Below are positions 14,220 to 27,045 of a stretch of DNA of 64,000 nt, piece by piece. The notes beneath the pieces were generated by a model. The model ran no database searches, was not told the origin of the DNA, and worked only from the letters and a program-made list of their open reading frames with translations. The stretch is from the human T2T-CHM13v2.0 reference genome, Homo sapiens, in NCBI RefSeq assembly GCF_009914755.1, contig NC_060930.1. The stretch is one strand, 5' to 3'. Every line of letters starts with the position of its first letter. The stretch's first letter is position 1. Both the position numbers and the translations under genes were made by a program.

Positions 14220-14792
14220 TATTTTGATTTAGCTATCTATTACTTTGTAGCCAACTTTCTCAACACTTAGGGCCTTAAAACAATAAACATTTATTATTTA
14301 ACAATTTCCGTGGGTCAGGAATCTGGACAAGGCTTAGCTGAATGCCTTTGGCTCAAGGTCTCTCATGAGATACATTCAATTTGTTAGTCAGGCTGCAGTC
14401 ATCTCAAAACTTTGCTAGGGCTAAAGGATACACTTCCAATCTCACTCACACAATTGTTGGCAGCCCTCAGTCCTTTGCTCCTTTGGCCTCTTCACACATA
14501 TGGCAAATCCTCACTACATGGCAGCTGGCCTTTCCTAGAATGAGGGATCAGAGATAGAGTGAGAGTGAGGTGGGGAGAGAGAGAAAGAGACAGAAAGGGA
14601 GAGACCAGGAAAATTCATGGTCTCTTTATGAACCAAACTCAGAAGCAGTATACTATCACTTCTACCCTGTACAATTTATTAGAAGTGAGTCAACAGGTTC
14701 AGCACATACTCAAGGAGGAGGAGTTTATGCAAGAGTACAATTACTAGGGAATAGGAATCATTTCCCCTCCCTGCTTAGAATTTGCCTACAAC
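14220..14792 (-). mobile_element. MaLR LTR (MLT1F/G-like)
   Basis: Antisense MLT1 pattern: TTAAAACAATAAACATTTATT...GTGGGTCAGGAATCTGG...GGCTTAGCTG...GGTCTCTCATGAG...GGCTGCAGTCATCTC. Confidence 0.7.
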
Positions 14793-16974
14793 CTACATAT
14801 TTTTACATGTCTGTGTTAACAGGATAGATATGTATCTCGATAATGCAAGAAAATTTTGAAATTATCTTCAGGGGCAAACTTTTTGTTGTTATTGGTTTGA
14901 TTTTTAGAGGCAGACAAGTGTATTTTAAAGTAGATTCTGAAAAATATAATAGATAATCAAGTTATGTAACATGATTTTATCCCAAATAAGGGTGTGGCTG
15001 TAAAGTAGGAATACACTCCCTTGTTGAGTCATCTATAAGTTTTCATTCATCAGGGCAGCCACAAGGTAATTTAAGTGCACACATTTTCATAATTAGGCTG
15101 TTCTTTTATGTTAGTAGGATTATAGTTGATTGAGGAATATAAGACTAGGAAGAGATTCCAATGCTGAAACAAGTGGTACTCCCTCTCTTGGTTGTTTCAC
15201 TAAGTACATTACCTGCCTCCTTCCCCACCCCACAACTGTCCAGCTGTTGAAATTGTTTCTTCATCCAAGGCCAGCCAAAGCCTTTCTTTTTATCCTTGTT
15301 GGAAAATTCTCTTGGGCTTTTAACTGGAATTAAAACATTACTGCAAAGTCATCTGTCTCAAATCTCTGCTATGGTACAAAATACCTTTATGTTAACTGAA
15401 TTGGTTACATGAGGAATTATTTAAATTATTGCTAAAAGTCCTCAATACAGCCTGTTCTAAAATTTCTCAAGATAAGTAGATGAAACATTTCATTGAAACG
15501 TTTATTTTTCTGAACTCTAAGTTATGTTATATAATAAAGATAAAATGATATACCTACTATAAAGTTGGGCAAATTGATAAATTATTAGTTATACAACTGA
15601 AACCTACAGGAAGGGCCACATATTGTCTCACAATAACCATATGAGAAACTATGGTTCCCTTGACTAGAACATAAGCTTCTGAGAATGAAGTAACAGAGAG
15701 AGGCAGAGGAAAGGAATCCCTACGCTCATAACTTTTCAGCTCACAAGCTTTTCCCCTACAGGAATGTACTTCTATAAACCCTCTTTTTTTTGGTTCTGAA
15801 TCAAGCGTGGACAAGAAAGTCCCAATTGTATGCTAAAAAAGTAATGGAACCAGCATGATCCAGCCATGCAAATAATTTTATAAATAGGGCCTAGAAACAG
15901 CATTAACTAAACAGGACTGTATGCCAGAAACAGTTTCCCATTTCAAGAATTAACCCACAGGGTACTCAGTAATCAGTTAACCCTCTTCAAGGAAAACCAC
16001 ATTCTTATCCACTCAAAGTTTCAGAAATCAGTTACTGTACTTTGTGAAGTGCCCGAGTTAAAGTCAGGGTAGGCAAAGTCCTTAAGCAAAAGCAGTTATA
16101 TTTTCTTTCCCACCCCTTGCCATGTCAAAGAAAAAAAAATTACATGTTATTGCATCTAATATTACATGTTAAAGCCTTGTAAAGATTAGAGTTTTTATTT
16201 TTTTATTATGAGAGACCAGGCCACAAATTATCATAGATTCATAGCGGGACTCATTTATTTTACTCTAATATTTTCTAGCTAATGGAGCATGGAGGACTCA
16301 CACAGATATTCTTTCCAAAGCAATAAATCTCAAATTATTTTCTCTGAGCTATCATCTTAAATGTTTGATTTATACCAAAAGGAAACAAATCCTACTGCAT
16401 GGGTAGCAGCCAGTTTAGAAAGCTGCACCAGTTAAATTTTTCAAAATTTTTGGACACATCATCTGCCAAAACTGCATGGAACATCCCTTAACCAGACATG
16501 GGAGGAGAGTACCAAAAGACATCGCAACTGAGTCTCTTTTACAACATTATACATAGAAGCCAGGAAACACTCACAATCTTTTATTTTTTTTTTTCAAAAG
16601 TTTGGGCTCCTGCACATCATGTTCTTAAACAGACTAGGTTGTAAAACTCATGAGTTTCCATTGACCTTTGCCCGGCCTTCTTAACTTTGAAGAGCATTGT
16701 ATCTTGTGTTTGAAAAGAAGCATAAGTGGGTTTCCAGTAGAGATATTCCAGATTCTAATTACCTTCTAAGTCCACCACATACAAGAAGGTGGACAATATT
16801 TAGCATTGAGAAGCCCTTTAATTTATGAATCACTTGCAAAGAGTGCATCACAAATCACAAAATATTCATTGGTTGTAACAAGTAATTTTCATTCTACTCA
16901 ACATTGAAGATACTTTTGATTATCTTAGAGGGCAAAAATAAATGACTCTATTTTATTGACATATTAAAAATTAA

Positions 16975-17210
16975 TAATACTAAGCATAGCTGAAGTTACC
17001 AAGTGTGTACTATGTACCAGGGTTTACATTTACCTCATTTAATCCTCTCAGTAATTCTATAGGATTGGAACGGATATTATCACCCTCATTTCAAAGATAA
17101 GAATCCTGGATGCAGAGAAGCTAAGTAATTTATCCAAGCCTACTCAGCTAATAAGTGACAAGAAACGGTACAAAGGAGGCTTTTTCACATCAGAGTCTGT
17201 GTTCTGTACT
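16975..17210 (-). mobile_element. MIR
   Basis: CTCATTTAATCCTCTCAG...CCTCATTTCAAAGATAAGAA...CAGAGAAGCTAAGTAATTTATCCAAG: antisense MIR core. Confidence 0.7.
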
Positions 17211-17619
17211 CTACACATTAAGACATAAATACTTCAGAGGGAAAGAAGCCAGTTTGTGCTTTGTTGGTGGTGGTGGTGATTTGTTTATAGCACAGAATCA
17301 TAAAAAGGAAACATATATAACATTATAAATTCTAAGCACAACTGGAGAGAACATTATCTATAAAATATTTTCCTTATCTACCAATGTTCAATGCCACAAT
17401 CAAAACACGTAAAATACCTGTTAATTTTACTAAACTTTCTAGGAATATGAACAGATGAATGCTTTTCCTAGCATAATAGATCACATATTGTTAGTAAATA
17501 AATCAGGACCGGCATTTCTTATACAATATACACTAAATGCAACAGACTTTTTTTTTTATTTTTTGATTTTTAAGTTGTTTTATGTTTTTTATGTTTCTTG
17601 GTTGCCCAATACCTTTTGA

Positions 17620-18080
17620 ATGCCCTGACTATGCTTGGGGAATTTTCCTCCATGAAGTAGAGCCCAGAGAATTCACTTCTATGGCACACTGTCACTGTTA
17701 AAAATATAAGTACATGACTTGGATTGTACAAATTAAACTCACCTATGAGACACTTTCATTTAGATGTGAGTGACTTGAGCAAGAAGGCATTTCGGGCTAA
17801 AATGGATGTTTGAGTTCTGGCTTTGGAGATGGAATCACTGCTGACAGCATGGCTGTTGTGAGAAAGCTGAGTTTCTGGCAAATGCCAACTTTGTTCTTGT
17901 AGCAGGTGTTCCCTGATCCAGCAGGATCTGTGACAGGGTTAACAGAATTGTCCCTAAAATATAGCCTTCCGGCTAGTTCTTAACACTCTCAAAACTTCTG
18001 TAAATTACCCAATAACCTTTTAAAAGCTTTTCTTCTTTATCAGCCAGAGTCAGCTTCTATTGCTTATGTTTAAGAACTGT
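17620..18080 (+). mobile_element. ERVL-type LTR fragment (LTR33/LTR16-like)
   Basis: 3' end CAGCCAGAGTCAGCTTCTATTGCTTATGTTTAAGAAC resembles the LTR33/LTR16 terminus. Subfamily uncertain. Confidence 0.4.
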
Positions 18081-18089
18081 AAGTTAGGG

Positions 18090-21000
18090 GCTCTGGTTCT
18101 GGGTAAAATAAAGTAAACACATCACATCCCATCCCATCTCTCTCACTTTACGTAACTATAAAACCTAGGCAGATTGAATGTACTGGACTATGAGGAGTCT
18201 GAAAAGGAAATAGCAATATGTGGATAAAGAAAAGATACCAGAATTCTAATCACCACTAAGCCTGTGGTGAGTTTACATTTTTTTCCTTTAATATCCTTGA
18301 CCTGAACTCAAGGCAGCCAAAAACCCGGAAGTGAACATTGTGTTAAAGAGCGAGCTTTAAGAGAAGCCTGGCTCAGGGAACAGGGAAGGAAACTGCCAGA
18401 TCTCAGAGAAAGTAGAGGAAATCAGCCAAGTGGTTATTTTTCTTTCATTTTTCCTGTATTCGCTCATGACTTATCCCCCAGGCAATTCACTGGTACCACA
18501 GCAGCAGCACCAGTAGTGGCCAGCAACAGGAATCAGTAGGGTATACAACTCCAGGGAGGGAAACCTTCCTTTCCACTTGGTAGAGCTGTGTCTTCAAAAG
18601 GGTGAGGACTAACCCATTTCTTTTTTCCTCTTCTCCCTGTCCTCCTACCACATGGCCTCAGACTTCGCACAGTAATAGAAGTGGACAATTTCTGGCCAAA
18701 GTACCAACAACTAGAGCCTGTGGAAACCAGAAAGTTCCAAGAAAACAGTAGAGAAGGAGGAATTAAAAAAAAAAAAAAGAAATGTTTTATTAATTCCTGG
18801 AGTCACTGTCAACCTGAACATGCCTGGATCTATCATTAGTAGCATACAAAAGTTTCGCCAACTGAATAAATGGATCAATTTCCTTCCAGGTCCCACATGG
18901 AACAGTGAATGATGTACACATGAAACAAATTTGAATAACACTGCAACAACTTTGGCAATTAAACTGACTTTGGAAACAGCTTACAAAAGCTGGGTTGATA
19001 CATGTAGTCTGAGCCAAACCAGTCAATTGCCTGCTGAACTAAAAAACATCAACTTTCTCCATGAGATTTAAACAAGACTCAGCCCCACAATATTCAAAAT
19101 GCCCAGTATGTAATCCAAAATTACTTGGATTATGAAGAAAAAAATAATCTAAAATTACATGGTAAAATACAATCAATAGACACCAATAACAAGATAACAC
19201 AGATGAAAAAGGCTTTAAAATACCTATTATAAGAATGTTCAAAAAAGCCATCACGAAGTCTTGAAACAAATATTAAGCTACAAAGTATCAGCAAATAAAT
19301 AAAAGAGGCAAAGAAGAATCAAATGGAAGTTTTTGAAATGAAAAATTCAATAACCCAAATTAAAGGCTCACTGGATAGATTAAAAAGCAGAATGAAAACG
19401 ACAGAGGAAAGAGCCAAAACACTTGAAGGTAGATCAATAGAAATTGTCTAATCTTAAAAGGTAGAAGAAAGATTTTTAAAAAATGAACAGAGCCTCAAGG
19501 AAATGTGGAGCAACAGCAAATATTTAACAATGATGTTGTTGAAGTCCCGGGAGAGAACAGACTCTAGAGGTTTAAAAATGTGAAAAAGTAACAGCTAAAA
19601 ATGTTCTAAATTTGGTGGAAAACATATGACCACAGATTTAGGAAGTTAAATTACAAATAGAATCAATCCTAAGAAATTCACATTCAGATTCATCATAATG
19701 ACAATACTGAAGACTATATACAAAGAAAAATTCTTGAAAATGGTCACACACTCAAAAAGACACATGACCCTATAGGAGCAGAAATATGTGAATGACTATG
19801 GAGTTCTTATTATAAGCCATGGAGGTCAGACAGGTGTCACAAAATATTTTTCTTCAGCCTGGAAAGAGAACTGTCATTCCAGAATTCTATCTCCAAAAAA
19901 AATATCCTTCCATAATGAAAGAGAAATAAAGATATTCTCAGATGAAGGAAAACTAAGATAATTCAATGCCAGCAGGCCTGCTATTTAATAAAGAATTGTT
20001 AAAAAAAAGTACTTCAGACAAAACAGAAATTATACCAGAAGAAAATACCATGAATAAACAAGTAACAACAAAATGGTAAACATCTGAGTTATGTTACATT
20101 TTTATTCCATTTGAGGTCTATTAAATATATTCGATGCTTGAAAGCAAAGAACATAACATTGTTAGGATTGTCAATATATGTAGATGTAATGAATAAGATA
20201 CCTACATCATAAAGGGGGAATGTAAAGGAATTTATATAGTTATGTTTCCATATTCCTACTGAAGTGGTAAAATACAAATTCTTAATAGACTGTTAATAGT
20301 TTAGTATGGATTTATAATCCTTGGGCAACCACTATAAAACATTGTAAAAAGATACATTATGAAAATTACAAATGGAAGGCAGAAAAGGGGAAACATATAA
20401 AAAAAGTAGGAACCAACAGAAAGTAAATAATAAAATCACTTGCTAATAAACAAATAATTGCATTGTATATAATTGCAACATCAATAATTGCATTATATGT
20501 AAATAATCTAAACAAACAAATTGCAACAGAGATTATGAGTGAATACAAAGCATGACCCAACCAAACTCACTTCAAATATAATGATAAGGACAGATTAAAA
20601 GTAAAGGAAATCAAAGAAAGCTATAGTAGCTATATTAATACCAGGCAATATAGGCCTTAGAGAAAAGAAAATTACCAGGAATAAAAAGGAAAATTACGCA
20701 ATGATAAAAGGGTCCATTTTAAATGTGTATTCACTTCTAATAAGTGAAATTCGAAGAATGATCCTTGACCTTTTGCCTTTGTATAATCTGCCTTCCTTTG
20801 AGTATGGGCTGAAGCAGTGAATAGGATGAAATACCACTCCCATGAATATGTTACGTTTCTTGGTAAAAGGAATGTTTCAATTGTGTTGAGTTTAAAGCTG
20901 AAAGTTTTCTCTGACTGGTGGGATTAGTTGGAGAGATTTGAAGCATGAAAAGGACTTTATATGCCATTGCTCTTTGGGACCCAATAGAATCCACCTGGAC

Positions 21001-21250
21001 GTCTGACTTACAGAAACGTGAGGTAATAAATGGAAGTCATTTAAAGCCATTGAGGTTGTGATAATTTTTTACTCTGAAAAAATAAAAAACTATTACAACC
21101 TCTAACAAGACTTTTTACATGAAGCGAAACTAACAGAACTGAAAGGACAATATGAAATTTTAGTTGGAGACTTCAACACTCCTCACTCCTCTCCTAGTAG
21201 TAGGTACAACTGGTAGAAAACCAGCAAAGACATATAAAAACTTAAACTTG
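18090..21250 (+). mobile_element. Old L1M (L1MC/L1MD-like): 5'UTR, ORF1 and start of ORF2, degenerate
   Basis: A-rich ORF1-like sequence (GAAATGAAAAATTCAATAAC...CTCACTGGATAGATT...CTTGAAGGTAGATCAATAGAAATT; GAAATAAAGATATTCTCAGATGAAGGAAAACTAAG). ORF2 endonuclease GTTGGAGACTTCAACACT (VGDFNT) at ~21163. Interrupted by an MLT1. Confidence 0.75.
20745..21097 (+). mobile_element. MaLR LTR (MLT1E/F-like) nested in the L1M
   Basis: TGTATAATCTGCCTTCCTTTGAGTATGGG...; 3' CTGACTTACAGAAACGTGAGGTAATAAATGG...TTAAAGCCATTGAGGTTGTGATAATT...AAACTATTACA. Confidence 0.7.
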
Positions 21251-21454
21251 AGATTTTTCATTTATTCATATTTAAATGTTGGAGGTTCTATCAGCTTGAT
21301 CCATTGAGAAAGAACTACGTGGAGTTAGGTACCTGGGAAACCAACAATGGACATGCAGCATGGATGAAAATTCAACTTTTATTGTATAAGCTGCTGAAAT
21401 TTGGGGATTCTTTTTTTTACAGCAGCCGTATCTTCTTCTTCTGGTTGATATAGT

Positions 21455-21790
21455 CCATTATTAGGGTATTGCTTAAATAATTACAAAACATAGTGTAATG
21501 AAACATATTATGAATATTACACAATATAATTTTTAGATACATTGTTGGTTGAAAAAGATATAATACAAAAGAAAGTGAAGAATATGCTAGCCTACAGGGT
21601 ATGTGTTTTTAGTGGATATGTATTTGTGTGTTCATATGCTCCTGATTAGCCCAGAAGGGTGCATAAACTAATAATATTGATTACCTCTGGGAAGAGGAAC
21701 AGGGAACCAGGGGACAGAGGAAGATTTTCAGTGTCTATCCTTTTGTACCTTTTAAATTTTAATTCTTGAGAATGCATTATTTTTTCAAAT
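21455..21790 (+). mobile_element. L1ME/L1MC 3'-end fragment
   Basis: GATTACCTCTGGGAAGAGG...ATCCTTTTGTACCTTTTAAATTTT is typical of old L1M 3'UTRs. Confidence 0.5.
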
Positions 21791-22273
21791 ATCAATAACT
21801 GATCTTAATTTTTTAATCTGTATAGTTTCAATTATATTTAAAAATACATTTACAGAAAAGACAGCCAAAAGAAATAAACTAATCTACTTTATTACCCTTT
21901 AAAATTACTGATTGCTTAAAATGTTGTCTGCAAATTTTATGTCATCTGTATCTTCTAGAATAAATAAAAATTAATTTTGTGAATTTAAGTTTTATAAAAT
22001 GAAAATTTATTTATTAAGCTCAAATTCTCTTAGTTTAAAGAATACACTTTTAATCTCTTTTTATGACATCAAATCCTTCACCGTTTATAGCTATATCTAA
22101 CCTGCTTTCCTAACCTATACTATTTTCCTTTAAAATAATCAAATATAATATAATCAAATTGAACAGCATTCTCTTTCCTTGAAGACAGGAAGAATCCTGT
22201 TTGTTTCCAGTTCGAGGGTATGTAATAACACAGAAAGAGCAACAAAAGCAAATTGGAATACTTTGCAAATCAC

Positions 22274-22368
22274 TTTCACCTAACTGGCTTGTTACTGAAC
22301 ATTAGCCTTGAACATAAGAAGTACTATTCAAACATGCATATACCACACTAAAACTACTATTATATGTA
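22274..22368 (+). repeat. 95-bp dispersed direct duplication, copy 1
   Basis: Identical to 24962-25056 at 93 of 95 positions. Confidence 0.95.
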
Positions 22369-23379
22369 ATTGCAAAATACTATAATAATATATAGAATCT
22401 ACTCTTGATAAGAGACTATATTCCACTTGAGTTTTCCATTGTGTGTTATTAGTAATCAGCACTTCTGCATGTGTGAAGTAAAATGGTTGATTTAGCTATA
22501 AAAACTGATCACAAGTTAAGTGCATGTTACGCATTCACATGGAAAACCTTTAGGCACACTAATATTGGAATTTTTTCTTAAGTATGTCAGGACTAAGATT
22601 TCTAATTTTCCCATTTGACAGTCATTATTAACAACTCAGTTTATATACTGGATACTCCTTATAGCTCTTTCTAAGGAGAAATAAAAAGAAGTCCCTTAGC
22701 AGAGGCCTTCAGCTGATACCTATGCAACCTTCCTATGGAATCAGTGTCCAAATATAAACCATTTCTCATAACAGCAAGATTTTAAACCTAATTTGAAAAC
22801 TCAGAGATTTCCAACTCTGTAGGTGAGGTGTGTCTCCTCATAGCTCCTGTATAAATATGCAAGGAGGCAGGAAACTGGTTTCTCTCTTAGTGGAGAATCC
22901 AGCTATACTTAGCCTATTGGTATTGTCTAGAAGCAAAGTAAGCACAGTGTAAAAAGCCATGTGCACTTATCAGCCTCGGCTTGCAAGCGTTACTGAGCCT
23001 GTACTATGTATTTTATATGGTGATCATGCTCTCCCTGTGTCCAATGATTACCAATATTACAAAAAAATGAAATAAAGACCCAAACTATTTACATAAAGAT
23101 AACTGATGCAACATGACATAAAATAAAATGTAAAAACAAGTTGGGAATAAAGTTTTAAACCTACACAAGGGCGAACGAACATGCTTTGGAGAAAATAGCA
23201 AACACCGTTAACAGAATTAAACAAGCAAATAAAAACAAGATGGGATTAAAAGCAGTCACGTTAAAATATTGCTAAGATTAATAATTTGCTGCAAATTAGA
23301 TACAAATAATGCATAATAGCAAACTATTTTGGTAGTGATGCCCCTTAAGGGATGATGATAATAATAAAAATAATATAAT

Positions 23380-23640
23380 TGCAACACTAGTATTAATACT
23401 TTTCCTGCTCATTGTGTGTCAGATACTTTACAAAGTATTTCAAATATATTATCATATTTAATATGATGTTAAATGGTCCATTTTGTTTTGACCCTAATGT
23501 TATGGTCAGTTTTGTTGTTTACTATTTTATAGATTGAGAGACTTAGGCTTAAGAACATTCAGAACTTTCAAAGACATCAGAGAGATTTAAAAAATGCCAG
23601 AAGTAAACTAAAACTTGTTATCTTAACTATTGTACTATAC
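23380..23640 (-). mobile_element. MIR (degenerate)
   Basis: TGTGTGTCAGATACTTTACAAAGTATTTC...ATTTTATAGATTGAGAGACTTAGGCTTAAG. Confidence 0.5.
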
Positions 23641-23962
23641 AAAATTGTGTTGATATCAATGAATGCAAATGGAATAAGATGGATAATTGGTAGGCTGAGA
23701 GTAAAGAAGGACAAAAGGGATTGCTTCCAAAGTAGTAGCATGTCGTAATGTTTCTAGTTGAAAATGATGTTGATACATGTTACCATTATCAAATTATTCT
23801 CTAGATGCCATTATCTTTTTATATTCCTGACTCCCACAGGACTTCAGGGAATCAATAGAATATGGTGTCAAGTTATATAAAGGAAAAGTAAGTTAGTTTT
23901 ATGACTCATTCTGGCCTTTATTTACAAAAGAGATACCTAATTTAAAGTAGAATAAATGATTT

Positions 23963-24065
23963 GCTGAGCATGGGATTCAAGGTTATATGTGATATGATCA
24001 TGCCTGTGGATAGCCATGGGCAACAAAGCAAGAATCCGTGTCTTAAAAAAAAAAAGAAAAAAAAA
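23963..24065 (+). mobile_element. FAM-like fossil Alu monomer, 3' part, with A-tail
   Basis: TATGATCATGCCTGTGGATAGCCA...GGGCAACAAAGCAAGA...GTCTTAAAA; the GCCTGTGAATAGCCA-like motif is FAM/7SL-type. Confidence 0.65.
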
Positions 24066-24961
24066 TTTGAAAAATGTTCAATTTAATTTAGGTCATTGGT
24101 AATGAGAACAACTAACTTTAAAATATGCAATGCAAAAGCACTAAATTGTGAAAAGCAATTAAAGATCACAAGCAATCAGTAAATTTACCTTTCCTCCATG
24201 TTATTATCATAACTACCTACAAGGTTATGCAAATGAGCTAGATAACCATACTTTTGCTGAAATTTCTGTCTTTATGAGTCTACGCTTCCTAATTTGGGGC
24301 TCTACAAATGAGGGACAATGATAATGTTACTATAGGATTGCATCCAACAAAGTTAGCAAGGGTAATAGGACCTGTGAGGAAAAATTCAGGGCTTAGGGCT
24401 TTTAGAGGAACTGAAAAACAAAACGTTAAAGACAGACTTATTGTAAGAGCATGATGTCCAACAGCTGTTCTCTTTTTCCAGCAAACCAAAAGGAAGAGGA
24501 GACAGGCTTCAATTAAGGCAAGAGAAATTTAAATTAGACATCTGCTGAGTTGGCATAATGATCCCATGTTCTTTTGGAAGTGGAAAGAAATGAAGAAATC
24601 TATGAGTTTAATGTTTGAAAATATTATTTAAACAATTTCATAAAAGACAAAAATCCAGTCATACTGATACATGCTGGAAGAAGGAAAGAAAAACATTTAC
24701 TTGTGCCTAAGAAGTATTTTGTTGCATCATCCAATAACATTGTAAATAAATATTTTTGATCAAAGGAATTAAATCAAAAGTTCCATGTAAACATGGGCAT
24801 AAGGTAGAATGCAATCACTGGAAGTTGCACAGGATGTGCTGAAAATCCTATTCACCAGAAGTTTCGATAGTAAATTTTATCTTTGTATACAGGCAAAAGA
24901 AAAAATACTAGAGAACACACACATATTTTATCCAATCTATTCTTATCTTTTCTGAGTGGTG

Positions 24962-25056
24962 TTTCACCTAATTGGCTTGTTACTGAACATTAGCCTTGAA
25001 CATAAGAAGTACTATTCAAACATGCATATACCACACTAAAATTACTATTATATGTA
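24962..25056 (+). repeat. 95-bp dispersed direct duplication, copy 2
   Basis: Differs from 22274-22368 only by two C/T transitions. Confidence 0.95.
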
Positions 25057-25391
25057 TTATATTAACACTGCCAGTAACAATAAAATGTTTTCCATTTTTG
25101 GAATAAATTATGTCTTCTCAGGTGTCAGTGGCCATATTCAAACTGACTGAAATGTCAATGATTGATTCTTTTCTAAAGGATGTAATGCCTAGATATCTTA
25201 CTGTGATTATTGGAATTCTAGGTTCCAGGTTCCTAAGGCATTTGAGAGACCAACAATGTAAAATAACAAGTAATAAGTGAATTTAGTCTGGAAACACTTA
25301 TGGTGATGATCACTGCTTCTCTCTTCTGTCATGCGCTACTCTTTGAAACCCTTAAAATTCCTTCAATCCATGTAACCTTAATGACATCACT

Positions 25392-25588
25392 CTTTGTGTG
25401 TGTGTGCTTATTTTTATTCCATCTGAATGCAAAATAAAATGTGAATGTTTGATGTTATTGTTCATTTTAATACTGTAACTTTAATTACATCGTTCTTTGT
25501 GTTTGTGTGTGTGTGCTAATTCTTATTATAACACAAAATAAAATAGGAATGTTTTTTATTACTCATTTTAGAATTGTTAGTAATACAA
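25392..25588 (+). repeat. Diverged ~100-bp tandem duplication (2 units)
   Basis: Both units read TCTTTGTGT(G/T)TGTGTG..GCT.ATT.TTATT...CAAAATAAAAT..GAATGTTT...TCATTTTA...TAAT(T)ACA. Confidence 0.8.
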
Positions 25589-26762
25589 TCATTTCCCATT
25601 TACATATCAAAGCTCTGAGCTGCAATGCTTGAAATCAAGAATTGGATGCTTATCTGGCCACCTACAGCCAATTTTGCCTGAAGATTGGCCTTATGTGTTT
25701 GATTATTTCCAAATAGTTAAGGCATATGCTTTTTGAGAAAGCACACTACATATTTTTAGAATTTCATCACTCAAGGCCACAGCTGGTTAATACCAAACAC
25801 CACTCATTTTCAAACTTTTAATAACCATTAAAGTAAAATCCTGCACATCACAGAACAAACACTCTTATGCTTAATGTACAAATATAAAAACAAACAAAGA
25901 TAAACAAAAAAAACAAGGGGCTGTATGTCTCAGCTACCATAAACTACTGACACTAGAGACAAGTATAGCAAATTTTCCTTCATTTCTCTTCCTCCCTCTA
26001 CCATCTTATGAGAAATGGCATACCAAAACAGGTCAATATTCAGACCAACGTCTTCCAAAATTTTAACACTATATTGCCTTATAAAAACCTGTGGATGCTA
26101 AGTTCATTAAATGGCCTTGCATTGAGGAAGTAATGACAGCAACAGTATGGCCTAAATTTTTCCCTTTTCCTCACCCCTTCTCCATGGCCCTTTACCAAGC
26201 ATTCCTCCCACTTATTACACATTTGCCTACACTTAATAATGGCAGTGGAGGGACAGCATAGCATCCCATGCTGAGCATATTTTTTACAGTATCTGAAATC
26301 TCCAAAGTTGTAATAATCTTCATACACTTTCTTTCAAGAATGCTTGAAACAAACACTGCAATAAAACTCTTCAATTTGCAAATCTTTTGATTGTCCACAG
26401 TTTCCATAAAAGAACCCATGTAATAGCTTGGTTTTAAGAATAAAAAGAGTGTCTTAATAAATGCAGTGTAGAAACAGTTCAAACTGTCTATCTTGACTGA
26501 AGTTAAGTTCATAAGAGATGGTTCCCGCATGCGGGGAAAAATACTTTACTTGCTTTTGCATTTGCTTGGCACTTGGGGCCTATTTATTACTTCGTATACT
26601 TGGATGCAACAGCAACTAGCACATAGTTATAGTTGTGGAAAGGGGTGCTATTGTGGTAGATATACTCTGAGTGTTAGCAAATGTCACATAATTGTTATTT
26701 CTAGGCTTTTTCAAGCCCAGATAACAGGACAGTTTAAAAATATGACTTTACAAAATACTTCC

Positions 26763-27045
26763 GGCTGGGCACAGTGGCTCACGCTTGTAATCCTAGCACT
26801 TTGGGAGGCCAAGGCAGGAGGATCACTTGAGCTCAGGAATTTGAGACCAGCTTGGGCAATATGGTGAGACTCCGACTCTACAAAACAATTAGCCAGGCAT
26901 GACGCTGCACACCTGTGGTCCCACTACTCGGGAAGCTGAGGTGGGAAGACTGCTTGAGCCCAGGAGTTCGAGGCTGCAGTGAGCCTTGGTGACAGAGCGA
27001 GACCCTATCTCAAAACAAAACAGAAACAACCCCCCCGACACATAC
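26763..27045 (+). mobile_element. AluJ with an internal right-arm deletion
   Basis: AluJ diagnostics (GGAGGATCACTTGAG, TTGAGCCCAGGAGTTCGAGGCTGCAGTGAGC). TSD ACAAAATA(C/T)TTCC at 26750-26762 and 27046-27058. Confidence 0.9.

Noticed and set aside
15878-15887. MEF2-like TTATAAATAG and scattered AP-1 sites
   Set aside because: Expected by chance in AT-rich DNA and not clustered.
22274-25056. 95-bp direct repeats as LTRs of a 2.8-kb element or a CRISPR-like array
   Set aside because: There are only two copies, with no TG...CA termini, PBS/PPT or TSD around the pair. The interior contains older MIR and FAM remnants typical of ordinary genomic DNA.
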